The notes under the pieces are model-generated. The model saw nothing but the letters and a program-made list of their open reading frames with translations, searched no databases and had not been told where the DNA came from. A stretch of DNA of 64,000 nucleotides from NCBI RefSeq assembly GCF_965240435.1, contig NZ_CBDEKO010000003.1. The stretch is one strand, 5' to 3'. The position numbers and the translations under genes were made by a program. Each line of letters begins with the position of its first letter. The stretch's first letter is position 1. This document shows positions 29,547-39,801 of the stretch, piece after piece. This DNA is from Moorena producens. GTDB lineage: Bacteria; Cyanobacteriota; Cyanobacteriia; Cyanobacteriales; Coleofasciculaceae.

Positions 29547-30409
29547 TTATTATTTCTAATCCTGCCATTAGGCATAATAGTGTTACAGAAAATAGCATCA
29601 TTTAAATCAGCCTTAGCTAATTTAGCCTTTTTAAGATTAGCATGGCTCAAATTAGCCTCACTCAAATCAGCATCATGAAAGTCAACACCTTCTAAATTGG
29701 CATAACTTAGGTTGGCTGCTCTCAAGTTACTATTATAGAGTCTTGCACCACTCAAATTAGCATGACTAAGGTTAGCGCCAGACATTTCCTCATAACCTAG
29801 GTTAATATTTTTCAAGTCCAAACCGCTTAAGTCAGCCTCTGCACAAATAAAGATCGCTCCTGCTTTTGATGGGTTAAATCCAGTGGGAAACTCAGTGCAT
29901 GATGTATAGATAGCTTTGGTAAAATTTATACTACTCAGGTCAGCTTTTTTCCAGCCATCAACCCCTAGCATACGGGCATAACTGAGGTTAGCATTGCTCA
30001 GGTCAGAATCACCTACGTAAACCTCACATAAGGTAGCATAACTAAAATTGGCATCCCTGAGCTTAATACCAGCCATATAAATTACAGATAAATCAGCATA
30101 ACTCAGATCAGTACCACTAAAGTCGCAGTTTTCCAAGGTTGATTCAGATGCTACGAGATGACTCAAATTAGCCTTAGTGAAGTTGGAATTTTCGATAGTA
30201 GTTTCGTATAGATAAGCATTCCTCAAGTTAGCATGACTTAGATCCACATCATCCCAAGTGGCTTCCTCTAAATCAGCATTACTCAAGTCCGCATAATTTA
30301 GACAAACACCCTTGAGGTTAGTACTTTTCAAGTTAGCCTTTTTCAAATTAATACCAGAAAAATCTTTTTCACCGGCTTCGTAGCGTTTTAGGAATTCATC
30401 ACGATTCAT
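29540..30409 (-). CDS. Pentapeptide-repeat protein
   Basis: 289 aa of A(D/N)LSxANLxxA-type pentapeptide repeats. The stop overlaps the LanM start by 7 nt, which suggests translational coupling. Confidence 0.8.
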   Translation of the reverse strand: MNRDEFLKRYEAGEKDFSGINLKKANLKSTNLKGVCLNYADLSNADLEEATWDDVDLSHANLRNAYLYETTIENSNFTKANLSHLVASESTLENCDFSGTDLSYADLSVIYMAGIKLRDANFSYATLCEVYVGDSDLSNANLSYARMLGVDGWKKADLSSINFTKAIYTSCTEFPTGFNPSKAGAIFICAEADLSGLDLKNINLGYEEMSGANLSHANLSGARLYNSNLRAANLSYANLEGVDFHDADLSEANLSHANLKKAKLAKADLNDAIFCNTIMPNGRIRNNNC

Positions 30410-32879
30410 AGCATGCCCCTTATTTGTTTAATCTTAACTAGTAATAATCCTGATTATACTCTAAAAAAAAATATTAGTATTTTTATCAGTTTGGTTAATC
30501 ATTAATGGTTAATAGTTGTTAGTACTTAATGCTATCAAGCCTAATATAAAGTGGCCTCATGCCTAATCGTTAATGTTCCAATCAGCAATCACATCTCTTA
30601 CCCCAGGGGTTTGATGAAGTTGCTACCAACTCAATCAAACAAACGTACTCATAACGAGTTTGGGTTATTTTGGCAGAGCAGAAAAAGAAAGGTTAGGTTA
30701 GTTTTATAGCGACTTCCTTTGCTGTCAGGTTACAAAATAGTTGATTGTTGATTAGGCTTTAGGGATAAACCATGAACTATAGCAATCCGACATAAATCGT
30801 GAGACTTCCTGATCCGAAGCTCCCTTGGTAAAACAATTTTGCTCACAACTGACTTGGGATTTCTATAGGCACAACACTGTATATAAATACCTGAACATAA
30901 ATGCTGTTAACTGTGTTGAAACCCTTAACGTTGCTCAACCCATTGATGGTCTTAGTTTGCCATTACCTATGCCTTTATCCTATCAGTCAACTTTAATTGT
31001 GTCTGACGACTTACTACCTATGAAGGCAACTTAGTAATCTATTTTGATTAGACCCAAACTATGACTACAACTGAGCGTAAAACAGAGAAGAAAATGGAAG
31101 TGCCTAGGACAACTAGTGAAGTTATTCGCATCAAGCCCCAACAGTTTATTCATGTTCTAGACAACAACACTGGTGTTACCCGACTGGAGGTTGGTCCTCA
31201 AACCATTACCCTTCGCGATCACGAGCGGCTGATATTAAAACCTGAACCGATGATTATTGTGCCGCCTCGATATTATTGTGTGGTTGCTAATCCATTACTC
31301 CGGGATGAAGACGGTCAACCCATTGCTGATCAGCATGGTCAAATTCGACTGCGCTACGGTGATCTGGAAATTCGTTTTGCGCAAGATCCCTTTCCCCTTT
31401 ATCCAAACGAGAAACTAGTAGGGGATGTCACGCAACTGGCAGTAGTCGAGACCAATCAAGCACTGCGTCTGAGAGCAATTCGGGATTTTACCGATACGGT
31501 TACGAGAATAGTTGATGGAGAAACCCAGACTGAAACAATTAACCGTTTAGCAGGTGATGAATGGCTGTTTGAAGGACCTGGAACTTATATTCCCCGGGTG
31601 GAGGTTGAAGTAGTTGAGACAGTGACAGCTGAGGTGATTAAACCTAACCAAGCCTTACACCTGTTAGCACGGCAAAATTGCACCGATCGTCAAAGGAATA
31701 GACGTAGAGCAGGTGAAGAATGGCTGGTTAGAGAAGAAGGAGCCTATTTACCTGGTGTAGATGAAGAAGTAATTGGCATTATTAATGCTTACATTTTGAC
31801 AGAACAAAAAGCATTACATCTGAAAGCTAAACGCACCTTTACTGATATTTTTGGTCGTCAGCGTAAAGCTGGAGATGAATGGTTGGTCACCTTTGAAGAT
31901 GCAGAAATTCATATTCCCGATGTTTATGAAGATGTAGTGGGAGAAGTTACGATTACTACCCTCAGCGATCACGAATGGTGTATTGTGCTTGACCCGATTG
32001 ATGAATCTGGTAAACCTCAGCTCGGTATGCGAGAAGTGCGCCAGGGTAGAACATCATTTTTCTTGCATCCTGGTGAGTCCTTAGAGAATGGTATCCAAAA
32101 CATCTATGTTCTCAGTGAGCTAGAAGCACTGTTGCTTCGAGCCAAAGAAGCTTTTAATGAGGGGGAAGGTGACCAGGTCATTACTCATCAACCAGGGGAT
32201 TTGTGGATGATTGCTGGGCCACAAGATTATATTCCCCCTGTGGAAGTGGAAGTGGTTGAGAAGCGTCAAGCCATTCCCCTCGATAAGAATGAAGGTATCT
32301 ATGTGCGTAACATTCAGACTGGTGAACTCAAACTGGTCGGTGGTCCTCAGGCTTATATGCTCACTCCCTATGAGAAGCTTTGGGAAAAAGAACTGCCATC
32401 GGTAGTTGAGGAACTGTTGATGCAAAAAATAGACCCATTGTCTGGGCGTGGTCAGCATTCTCTAGCTGGGGGCGATCAGTCGGAGCGAAAATCAGGAGTG
32501 CGCCAAGGTCTATACCAACGGGATAAGACTAGAGCAGTTGTGTTTCATATTCCTCAAAATGCTGCTGTGCAGCTCCATGATTATAAAAACAGAACTGCAA
32601 GAACTGTATTTGGACCGGACTTGGTGATGCTCGAACCAGATGAAGCCTTTACTGTGCTTTCTTTGTCAGGTAGCAAGCCCAAACGACCTAATGTCATCAA
32701 ATCCTTAGCCTTATTACTCGGTCCTGATTTTATGACCGATATCTTTACCGTAGAGACAGCAGACCATACCAGATTGCAGCTACAACTGTCCTATAACTGG
32801 TACTTTGATGTGGACAGACACGATGAACAGACTGCAGCCAGACTGTTTCAAGTACCTGATTTTGTGGGAGATACTTTTG

Positions 32880-33399
32880 ACACTCCCCGGCCTGAAGGCG
32901 CGGGGATTCCTAGATCAACGAGCCGCCTTAAACCGTCGAGTTCCCATCTATGACGCCGCCAAAAATGGGACAATACTTAACCGAGAATCCGTCAATACCA
33001 AATTCCTAGTTAATTCACGACAGACCCAGAGGGCAGTTCTCCTTAGGCGTTTAACTACTTATTGGAAGTGCCTTATTAAGTCCGTTTCCCTTCCTTTCGT
33101 TTGGTTTCGGTGTGCCCCACCGTACCGTTTTCTCGTCCATAGTGATTCTTCTGGGTTCACACACCAACTGTTAATTGATGATTGGGTTTTTAAAGAGGAC
33201 TTTCCCTTCCCTCTAGACATTACTACTTTAAGGTCGATAAGTTACGGGTCTCTCTCCCGGCTCAGCCTACGGTTTTTCAGCCTGTATGTATCTTGATTAT
33301 ACGATAAATATTCGTGTGTGTCCATAGTTGCTCTTTTTTTTATAGGTTCCTAATAGAAAGCCGTCCTATAAGGACGGGGCTTTAAACCCAAATCTTTTG
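32880..33399 (+). mobile_element. 520-bp non-coding insertion in MVP gene, flanked by CTTTTG direct repeats
   Basis: No coding potential in the MVP frame. Hairpin near the 5' end (CCCCGG..CGCGGGG) and near the 3' end (CCGTCCTATAAGGACGG). The 6-bp direct repeat CTTTTG occurs at 32874-32879 and 33394-33399. Removal restores the frame (520 mod 3 = 1). Confidence 0.45.
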
Positions 33400-33837
33400 G
33401 TAAAGCGATCGCATCCCGAGTGCGGGGTGCTGTAGCAGGGGAAAAATTTGATGAATTTCACCGCAATTCAGCCCGGATTATCCGACTGGCGGTGTTTGGC
33501 ACTGATCAAGAAGGTCATATTCGAGATGAATTTCGTTTCCGAGCCAATAACCTAGTAATTACCAATATTGACATTCAGTCAGTGGAGCCAGTGGATGAAG
33601 AAACCTTAAGGAGCTTGCAAAAGTCAGTGCAGCTAGCGATTCAAATTACCACTGATGCTCAAGAAGCTGCTGCACGCCAAGATGCAGAACGGATTGAGCA
33701 AGAAGCGAAAGCCAGGTTGGAAAGGCAAGTAATTTTGGATCAAAGTGGAGCAGAAGCAGAACGCAAAAAACTTCTAGAATTACAGGCAGAAAATATAGCC
33801 ATTGAGTCTACAGGTCAAGCAACAGCAGAAGCAAGAG

Positions 33838-34101
33838 GTGACATACTCCCACATTGAATCGAAGATTACAGTGTGGGCTTCTTACCAACTCCACCCAACG
33901 GTTCGGATACTCGGTAAGCTTTATTAACGATACAGGATGCCCCTCCGCACCGGAACAATACAATAAGTTCTATTTTTTAATTAGTAGGTGGCGGTTAGCT
34001 CTTATTTGGTTTTCCCTACTATATCTAGTATAAACGATTTTTATCCTGTCCGCAATTCATCTGACACTCATGCTGCGCATGTTCGTTGTGAGGCATAAGA
34101 G
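33838..34101 (+). mobile_element. 264-bp non-coding insertion in MVP gene, flanked by AAGAG direct repeats
   Basis: Direct repeat AAGAG at 33833-33837 and 34097-34101. Hairpins CCCACA..TGTGGG near the 5' end and CATGC-TGC-GCATG near the 3' end. Removal restores the MVP frame (264 is divisible by 3). Confidence 0.45.
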
Positions 34102-34596
34102 CGGATGAAGCTAAGGCTGAAGCGGCTCAGATTCAAGGACAATTAGCAGTTAACTTGGCTCAGCAAGAAGCCGAGGCGGCTCGGATTCGCAATCAAATCG
34201 AGTTAGCTCAACTCAAAGCACGTCAGGAAGCTGAATTAGCCCATCAACAAGCCTTTAATAACCTAGAGATTGCCAAAGCTGAGCGTATGGCTCACATTAA
34301 GAGTGAAGAATACCGACAGAAAGTAGAAGCAATTGGTCCTCAAACCATTCAAGCGATCGCACAAGCAGGTCCGGAAATGCAGGCAAGACTTCTAGAAGCA
34401 CTTGGTATCCAGAGTGTTTTGATTACCGATGGCAAAAATCCCATCAATCTATTTGGTGCAGCTAATGGTCTGATTACTCCCCCAACTTCTAACTAAGTGC
34501 ATCTGTGTCTGCTGCGCGCTGTGTCTGCTGCGTGCTGGCACGGCTTCCCTTATACACAGATACACCGATAACCCAACCCTATCTTACCGGTCTATC

Positions 34597-34818
34597 TTAC
34601 CGGTCTATCTGTGTCGAAGGTTGAGAGTTGAGGTGTTGCTCGACTTTGTTAATTACCCCTAGTACGAGAAACAGAGCAAATACTACAGCAACACCGATAG
34701 CAGTCCACTTGAAAAAAACTAACTTTGGCCGACCTTTAGCTGGATAACCACAACTGAGGCAAATTTCATCGTTGGTGCTGGTTAAAGACCCACAAACGTT
34801 ACACTGTTCTAAAGCCAT
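34597..34818 (-). CDS. Small zinc-ribbon membrane protein (hypothetical)
   Basis: 73 aa with CxxC...CxxC (CNVCG..CLSCG) followed by one TM helix. Confidence 0.4.
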   Translation of the reverse strand: MALEQCNVCGSLTSTNDEICLSCGYPAKGRPKLVFFKWTAIGVAVVFALFLVLGVINKVEQHLNSQPSTQIDR

Positions 34819-35015
34819 AGTTCTTGGAAATCTCTACCGTCATAAGATAACTGAAAAAATTATCAGGTGGGTAGAGTACTTTGAGCCTTCGTTACCAACT
34901 CCTTGATGCCCAAGTTGCTTACTTCAGGTGAGGTAAGTTACCAAAAAATCAGGGCACAAGGGAAAACCTCCAGGTATGAAGCCTGTGACCAATAACCGAT
35001 TACCCATTCCTAATC

Positions 35016-37217
35016 ATGGCCTCAGGACACAATTTAATTCTGGATCTAACCACAGTTCTAGGGGCTTCTGCTTTGGGAGGCTACCTTGCCAATCGGCTAC
35101 GTCAACCTGTACTTTTAGGCTATTTAGCCAGTGGTTTATTGGTTGGTCCGTTTGGTCTTAAACTCGTAGGCGAATTAGAACAAGTCAAATCCCTAGCTGA
35201 AATTGGGATTGTTTTTTTGTTATTCACCTATGGGGTAGAGTTTTCTCTATCCCAGCTTAAACGATTTAAAGATATTGTCCTGAAAGGTAGTTTACTGCAA
35301 ATTAGTCTCACTATTACCCTAGTTGCAGTTTTAGCCAATGGACTTGGTTGGGTTGACGGATTTACTCCGGGAATAATGCTCGGATTCATCATCTCCCTTT
35401 CCTCCACCTCAGTAGTTCTTAAAACCCTGATGGAAAGAGGAGAAACCAATACCCTTCATGGTCAAGTGATGCTGGCAATTTTGATTGCTCAAGACCTTAG
35501 TTTAGGTCTGATGTTAGCCGTCATACCCGCCCTTCAGCAGCCCTCAGATATTGGCTCAGCTTTAGTTGTTGCTTTACTCAAAGCATTGGTGTTTCTAGCT
35601 GCTGCTCTAGCAGCCGGTCGCTGGATAATTCCCCATCTCATTAAATATATTGCCCGCACTGAAAACAGTGAGCTATTTCTGATCACAGTAATTGCCCTGT
35701 GTTTAGGGATTGCTTTGATTACTGCTGGACTTGGTCTATCCGTTGAAATGGGAGCATTTGTGGCAGGATTAATGATGGCTGAAATTGATTATGCTGACCA
35801 AGCCGTTGCCAAAATAATCCCCCTTAAAGACACATTTGTATGTCTATTTTTTGCATCCATAGGAATGCTTATTGAGCCGGAAGTGCTGCTCGATAACTTC
35901 AGCATAATCATCGGTTTAGTGATGTTAGTGATGGGAGGAAAAGCAGCAATCATCCTACCGATTGTACTGAAATTTGGCTATTCCTTTAAAACTGCTTTTA
36001 TTGTTAGTTTTGGTCTCAATCAAATTGGAGAATTTTCCTTTGTCTTAGCAGTGGTTGGCTTTGAGTTAGGATTTATCACTAGGGATCAGTATCTACTCCT
36101 GGTCGGAACCACAGCCATTACCCTAGTTCTGACACCCATGTGGCTGAGATGGTCTCCCCGAATAGCAGACCACCTGGTAAATCTGCCGTTTCTGAAAAGC
36201 TACCTGCGTCAGTTTCAGGGTACTAAAGCTTTGTCAATTCCAGAAACGATTTGTAATCATGTGGTAGTGGCTGGCTATGGACGAGTTGGGCGAGTACTGG
36301 TCAAAATCCTGCGCAATCAAGGGCATGAGGTCCTAGTGATTGAAAATAGCGAAGCTGCTATTCAACGCTTGAGACATGAGAAAATTCCCTATATGTTTGG
36401 GGATGCTCACTCGGAACTGGTGTTAGAAAAAGCCCATCTAGAAAAAGCTAAAGCCCTAGCCATTGCCCTACCCGATCCTGGCAGTACCCGCTTGTTGCTC
36501 AAACGTGCCCTCAAGTTTGCCCCAGGACTGGATATCGTGGCTCGTTCTCACAAAAATAGCGAAATTGACCTACTTACCCAGTTAGGGGCGCGGGAAGTAG
36601 TGCAACCGGAATTTGAGGCAGCATTGGAAATGGGAGCCCATGTGCTAGTAGCACTGGGAGAAACCCAAGGTATGATTCAGTCGGTGATCAATCGGATTCA
36701 CCAAGACCGCTATTTGAGTGTACGACCTGAACAAGCTACCTATTCAAAGCAGCAAGAGATCACTGATGTTGCTGAAGAACTCCACAGTGAGTGGGTCACC
36801 TTGAGTCAAACTTCCCGTCTAGATTGGGTAACTCTGGCAGCAGCAGATATCCGTAACGTGACTGGGGTAACAGTTTTGACAATTCAACAAGGTAATGATA
36901 CTATCAACTACCCACAAGGTAAGATGACGTTGCGTTCAGGGGATCGATTGCTCGTTGTTGGGGAACCGGAAGAATTAGCAGTGTTTCGAGACTGGATCGA
37001 AAGTCGCAGTTTCCTTAGTGAGGGATCTAAGCATTGGGTAACTTTGGTAGAGAATTCAAGTTTGGTGGGTATGAAGCCAATTGATCTCCAGCATCAATAC
37101 AATGTGATGGTTCAGGCGTTGCGTAGACAAGGGAAACTATATAATCCGGTGGATGAAGCTGGAGTATTGCAGGTGGGGGATTGTGTGTTGTTGTCTGGGG
37201 AATGGGATGAGGACTGA
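35016..37217 (+). CDS. CPA2-family cation:proton antiporter (Kef/NapA-like) with RCK (TrkA-N/TrkA-C) domains
   Basis: 733 aa. N-terminal 12-TM Na+/H+-exchanger-like domain, then a Rossmann motif VVAGYGRVGRVL (TrkA-N) and two TrkA-C-like segments. Confidence 0.8.
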   Translation: MASGHNLILDLTTVLGASALGGYLANRLRQPVLLGYLASGLLVGPFGLKLVGELEQVKSLAEIGIVFLLFTYGVEFSLSQLKRFKDIVLKGSLLQISLTITLVAVLANGLGWVDGFTPGIMLGFIISLSSTSVVLKTLMERGETNTLHGQVMLAILIAQDLSLGLMLAVIPALQQPSDIGSALVVALLKALVFLAAALAAGRWIIPHLIKYIARTENSELFLITVIALCLGIALITAGLGLSVEMGAFVAGLMMAEIDYADQAVAKIIPLKDTFVCLFFASIGMLIEPEVLLDNFSIIIGLVMLVMGGKAAIILPIVLKFGYSFKTAFIVSFGLNQIGEFSFVLAVVGFELGFITRDQYLLLVGTTAITLVLTPMWLRWSPRIADHLVNLPFLKSYLRQFQGTKALSIPETICNHVVVAGYGRVGRVLVKILRNQGHEVLVIENSEAAIQRLRHEKIPYMFGDAHSELVLEKAHLEKAKALAIALPDPGSTRLLLKRALKFAPGLDIVARSHKNSEIDLLTQLGAREVVQPEFEAALEMGAHVLVALGETQGMIQSVINRIHQDRYLSVRPEQATYSKQQEITDVAEELHSEWVTLSQTSRLDWVTLAAADIRNVTGVTVLTIQQGNDTINYPQGKMTLRSGDRLLVVGEPEELAVFRDWIESRSFLSEGSKHWVTLVENSSLVGMKPIDLQHQYNVMVQALRRQGKLYNPVDEAGVLQVGDCVLLSGEWDED

Positions 37218-37230
37218 ATGATTTGGTTTC

Positions 37231-37352
37231 AAGACTATGCGATTAGCCCGAAGGGCGTTGGCTAGCGATGAAGCGTTCGCGAAGCGTGGCCAAAGGCCTC
37301 AGCTTCCGCGCTTATGCGATTAGCCCGAAGGGCGTTGGCTAGCGAACGCATA
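37231..37352. repeat. Two copies of the 37-nt dispersed repeat (ATGCGATTAGCCCGAAGGGCGTTGGCTAGCGA) flanking a GCGAAGCGTGGCCAAAGGCC element
   Basis: Seen directly. The same families occur at 12053 and 8101/14897/61008. Confidence 0.7.
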
Positions 37353-37788
37353 CGGGCGAGAATTGCATCATTTGATCTCCAAATCCCCCGATTTCACATA
37401 AATCCATACAGCAAGCAAATTTTTGTCAAACTAATTCTCAAACTAACTAGACACCTTTAGTAAAATACTATATACTATATAATAGTGGCATTATGACAGT
37501 TGCTTCATCAGCAACTGATTAGCTGCGTGTGCTGTGGGCTGAGAAGTAGGTTCGAGGCAAGACAATATACACAGCATATCATGTGTTTGTTTTGGCATCA
37601 GGGCTAAAGTAGGTCAAAGACAGTTAGGTTTAAACAACTCCCATCAGTTCTTGGGTCTACTTTGGGTCAATAAGTGCTTACACTTTCGTGGATCAAGGGA
37701 TACTGAGTGATTAACAACTTAAGTCCCAGCGAAGTCAGGCGAGTTTAATAGCCTTTTCTGACCAGTAAACGCAATTGAACGAGAATCT

Positions 37789-37815
37789 AGCTCGACCCTC
37801 ATGCCGAGCTAGATA
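37789..37815. promoter_or_regulatory. Perfect 8-bp inverted repeat hairpin (CTAGCTCG..CGAGCTAG) upstream of rplC operon
   Basis: Seen directly about 150 nt upstream of rplC. Could be a terminator or leader structure. The function is inferred only. Confidence 0.2.
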
Positions 37816-37967
37816 AAAGTGGGCTCTCTGCTTATTTTTTGAGGAGAGGTTTATCCACTATAAATAGTGACCAGGTTTATAATGACCAGGTTTGTGGCAC
37901 AAAGGGAATTCAGGTTATTGAATATCCCTGCTGCCAGACTGCTGCAATGTCTACAAAGGAGAAACCA

Positions 37968-38603
37968 GTGTCTGTCGGTATCCTCGGTACCAAACTCGGT
38001 ATGACCCAAGTGTTCGATGATGAAGGAAGAGCGATTCCCGTAACCGTCGTCAAAGCTGGGCCATGCACTGTGACCCAAATAAAAACCAACCAGACAGATG
38101 GCTACAATGCCATTCAAATTGGTTATGACCAAGTCAAGCCAAAGGCAATTACTAAGCCTGAAATAGGACACTTGGCTAAGTCCAGCGCCCCACCCTTACG
38201 CCACCTACGTGAGTACCGCGTGGATGATACCAGTAATTTTGAACTGGGTCAGCCAGTCAATACCGATATGTTCAGTATTGGTCAAATTATCGATGTCAGC
38301 GGTAAAAGCATTGGTCGCGGGTTTGCGGGTTATCAGAAACGTCACAACTTCAGGCGAGGACCGATGGCTCATGGTTCCAAAAACCACCGCCTCCCAGGTT
38401 CCACTGGAGCAGGGACAACCCCTGGTCGTACCTATCCAGGTAAGAAAATGGCTGGTCGTTACGGCGGTACCAAGGTGACAATTCGCAAACTTGAGGTAGT
38501 CAAGATAGATGCAGAGCGCAATTTGCTGCTGATTAAAGGTGCAGTTCCCGGTAAACCAGGGACACTCTTGAGCATTGCACCCACTAATAAAGTCGGACGT
38601 TAG
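37968..38603 (+). CDS. rplC: 50S ribosomal protein L3
   Basis: Conserved [17 protein letters not shown]...; likely GTG start at 37968 preceded by AAGGAG. The ORF track's start at 37839 looks like an over-extension. Confidence 0.9.
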   Translation: MSVGILGTKLGMTQVFDDEGRAIPVTVVKAGPCTVTQIKTNQTDGYNAIQIGYDQVKPKAITKPEIGHLAKSSAPPLRHLREYRVDDTSNFELGQPVNTDMFSIGQIIDVSGKSIGRGFAGYQKRHNFRRGPMAHGSKNHRLPGSTGAGTTPGRTYPGKKMAGRYGGTKVTIRKLEVVKIDAERNLLLIKGAVPGKPGTLLSIAPTNKVGR

Positions 38604-38750
38604 TCAGAAGGAAAAAGCAATTAGCTCCCTCATCGTTAGGTGTAAGCCTGATGTATATGTAACTGTTTATTTTTACTACTAGCACCCCCTGAGTGCTTAA
38701 AAGCTAACAGCTAATTGCTAAACGCTTGCTCGCTAAGAAGGAGAGAACAA

Positions 38751-39389
38751 ATGGTAGATTGTTCAGTGCGAAACTGGCAAGGGGAAGAAGTAGGGCAGGC
38801 AACACTCCAGATGCGAGTTGCCAAAGAAGAAAACGCTGCCCACATTGTTCACCGGTCACTGGTTAGACAAATGGCCAATGCTCGTCAAGGCAATGCTTGT
38901 ACAAAAACTCGTTCCGAAGTTAGAGGTGGAGGACGCAAACCTTGGCGACAAAAGGGAACCGGTCGTGCTCGTGCTGGTTCGAATCGTTCACCCCTATGGC
39001 GTGGTGGTGGTGTGATCTTTGGTCCGAAACCCAGAGACTATAGCCAGAAAATGAACCGCAAAGAGCGTCGCTTGGCTCTAAGAACAGCGTTTATGAGTCG
39101 AGCCGAGGATTTGATTGTGGTAGAGGAATTTGTTGAGCAACTACCACGACCCAAGACCAAGGATGTGGTGGCAGCAATTGGTCGGTGGGGAATTGAGCCT
39201 GAGTCAAAAGTTCTCCTAATCCTAGCTCAGCCAGAAGAAAAGGTTTATTTGTCAGTCCGTAACCTAGCAACTGTCAAGTTGATTTATGCCACCAACTTGA
39301 ATATCTATGATATCCTTGACGCTGATAAAATCGTGACCACTAACACAGCTCTTGCCAAAATTCAGGAGGTTTACAATGACGGAGTATAA
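38751..39389 (+). CDS. rplD: 50S ribosomal protein L4
   Basis: ATG at 38751 after [21 protein letters not shown]...[33 protein letters not shown]. Confidence 0.9.
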   Translation: MVDCSVRNWQGEEVGQATLQMRVAKEENAAHIVHRSLVRQMANARQGNACTKTRSEVRGGGRKPWRQKGTGRARAGSNRSPLWRGGGVIFGPKPRDYSQKMNRKERRLALRTAFMSRAEDLIVVEEFVEQLPRPKTKDVVAAIGRWGIEPESKVLLILAQPEEKVYLSVRNLATVKLIYATNLNIYDILDADKIVTTNTALAKIQEVYNDGV

Positions 39390-39678
39390 CCCCCGTGACC
39401 TTGCTGATTTGGTGATTCGCCCAATTGTGACTGAAAAGGCGACCCTACTGATGGAGCAAAACAAGTATGTCTTTGATGTGATTATCAAAGCGACAAAGCC
39501 ACAAATTAGAGCCGCGATTGAAAGTCTTTTTGAAGTAAAAGTGGTGGCAGTAAATACCCTACGTCCGCCACGGAAAAAGCGTCGAGTGGGAAAATTTGTA
39601 GGTTACAAAACCCAGTACAAACGGGCGATTGTTACCCTAGCTCCAGGAGATTCGATTACTCTATTCCCAGACGTATAA
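39376..39678 (+). CDS. rplW: 50S ribosomal protein L23
   Basis: [23 protein letters not shown]... Overlaps the rplD end by 14 nt. Confidence 0.9.
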   Translation: MTEYNPRDLADLVIRPIVTEKATLLMEQNKYVFDVIIKATKPQIRAAIESLFEVKVVAVNTLRPPRKKRRVGKFVGYKTQYKRAIVTLAPGDSITLFPDV

Positions 39679-39801
39679 AACTGGCTAATTGCTAATTGCT
39701 AATTCTTAATTTGGTTAATTGCCAATTGGTAGATTGTCAATTGTTAAGACAAACTAGTCAAGACAAACTAGTCAAGACAAACTAAGTAAAAAATACTTGT
39801 T

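Larger units (their letters stand above)
31061..34496 (+). pseudogene. Major vault protein (MVP) homologue, interrupted by two non-coding insertions (split gene or pseudogene)
   Basis: Three collinear pieces. Piece 1 is 31061-32879, with MVP N-terminal repeats, GDEWLFEGPGTYIPRVEVEVVE and ETADHTRLQLQLSYNWYFDV. Piece 2 is 33400-33837 ([46 protein letters not shown]). Piece 3 is 34102-34496 (shoulder/cap-helix region ..[44 protein letters not shown]). Removing 32880-33399 and 33838-34101 restores one ORF of about 883 aa that is collinear with metazoan MVP, recalled from memory. Confidence 0.7.

Noticed and set aside
32805-33296. 163-aa ORF inside the 520-bp insertion
   Set aside because: It starts inside MVP piece 1 in a different frame and runs through the non-coding insert. 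It has no motifs. Likely spurious.
32880-34101. Group I or group II intron interpretation of the two MVP interruptions
   Set aside because: No GUGYG 5' end or AY 3' end. Only a weak, too-short domain-V-like hairpin (AGCCGUCC..GGACGGGGCU). No P7/R-S conserved elements such as AGACUA. The exon/intron boundary nucleotides do not fit group I rules (5' exon U, intron 3' G) at either site. GT-AG fits only the second insert. I kept both as insertions of uncertain nature.
37839-37967. N-terminal extension of rplC given in the ORF track (start 37839), and similar extensions for rplD (38715), rplP (42295) and rplM (54217)
   Set aside because: The extensions lack homology. Conserved N-termini with good AAGGAG spacing begin at 37968 (GTG), 38751, 42355 and 54229 respectively.
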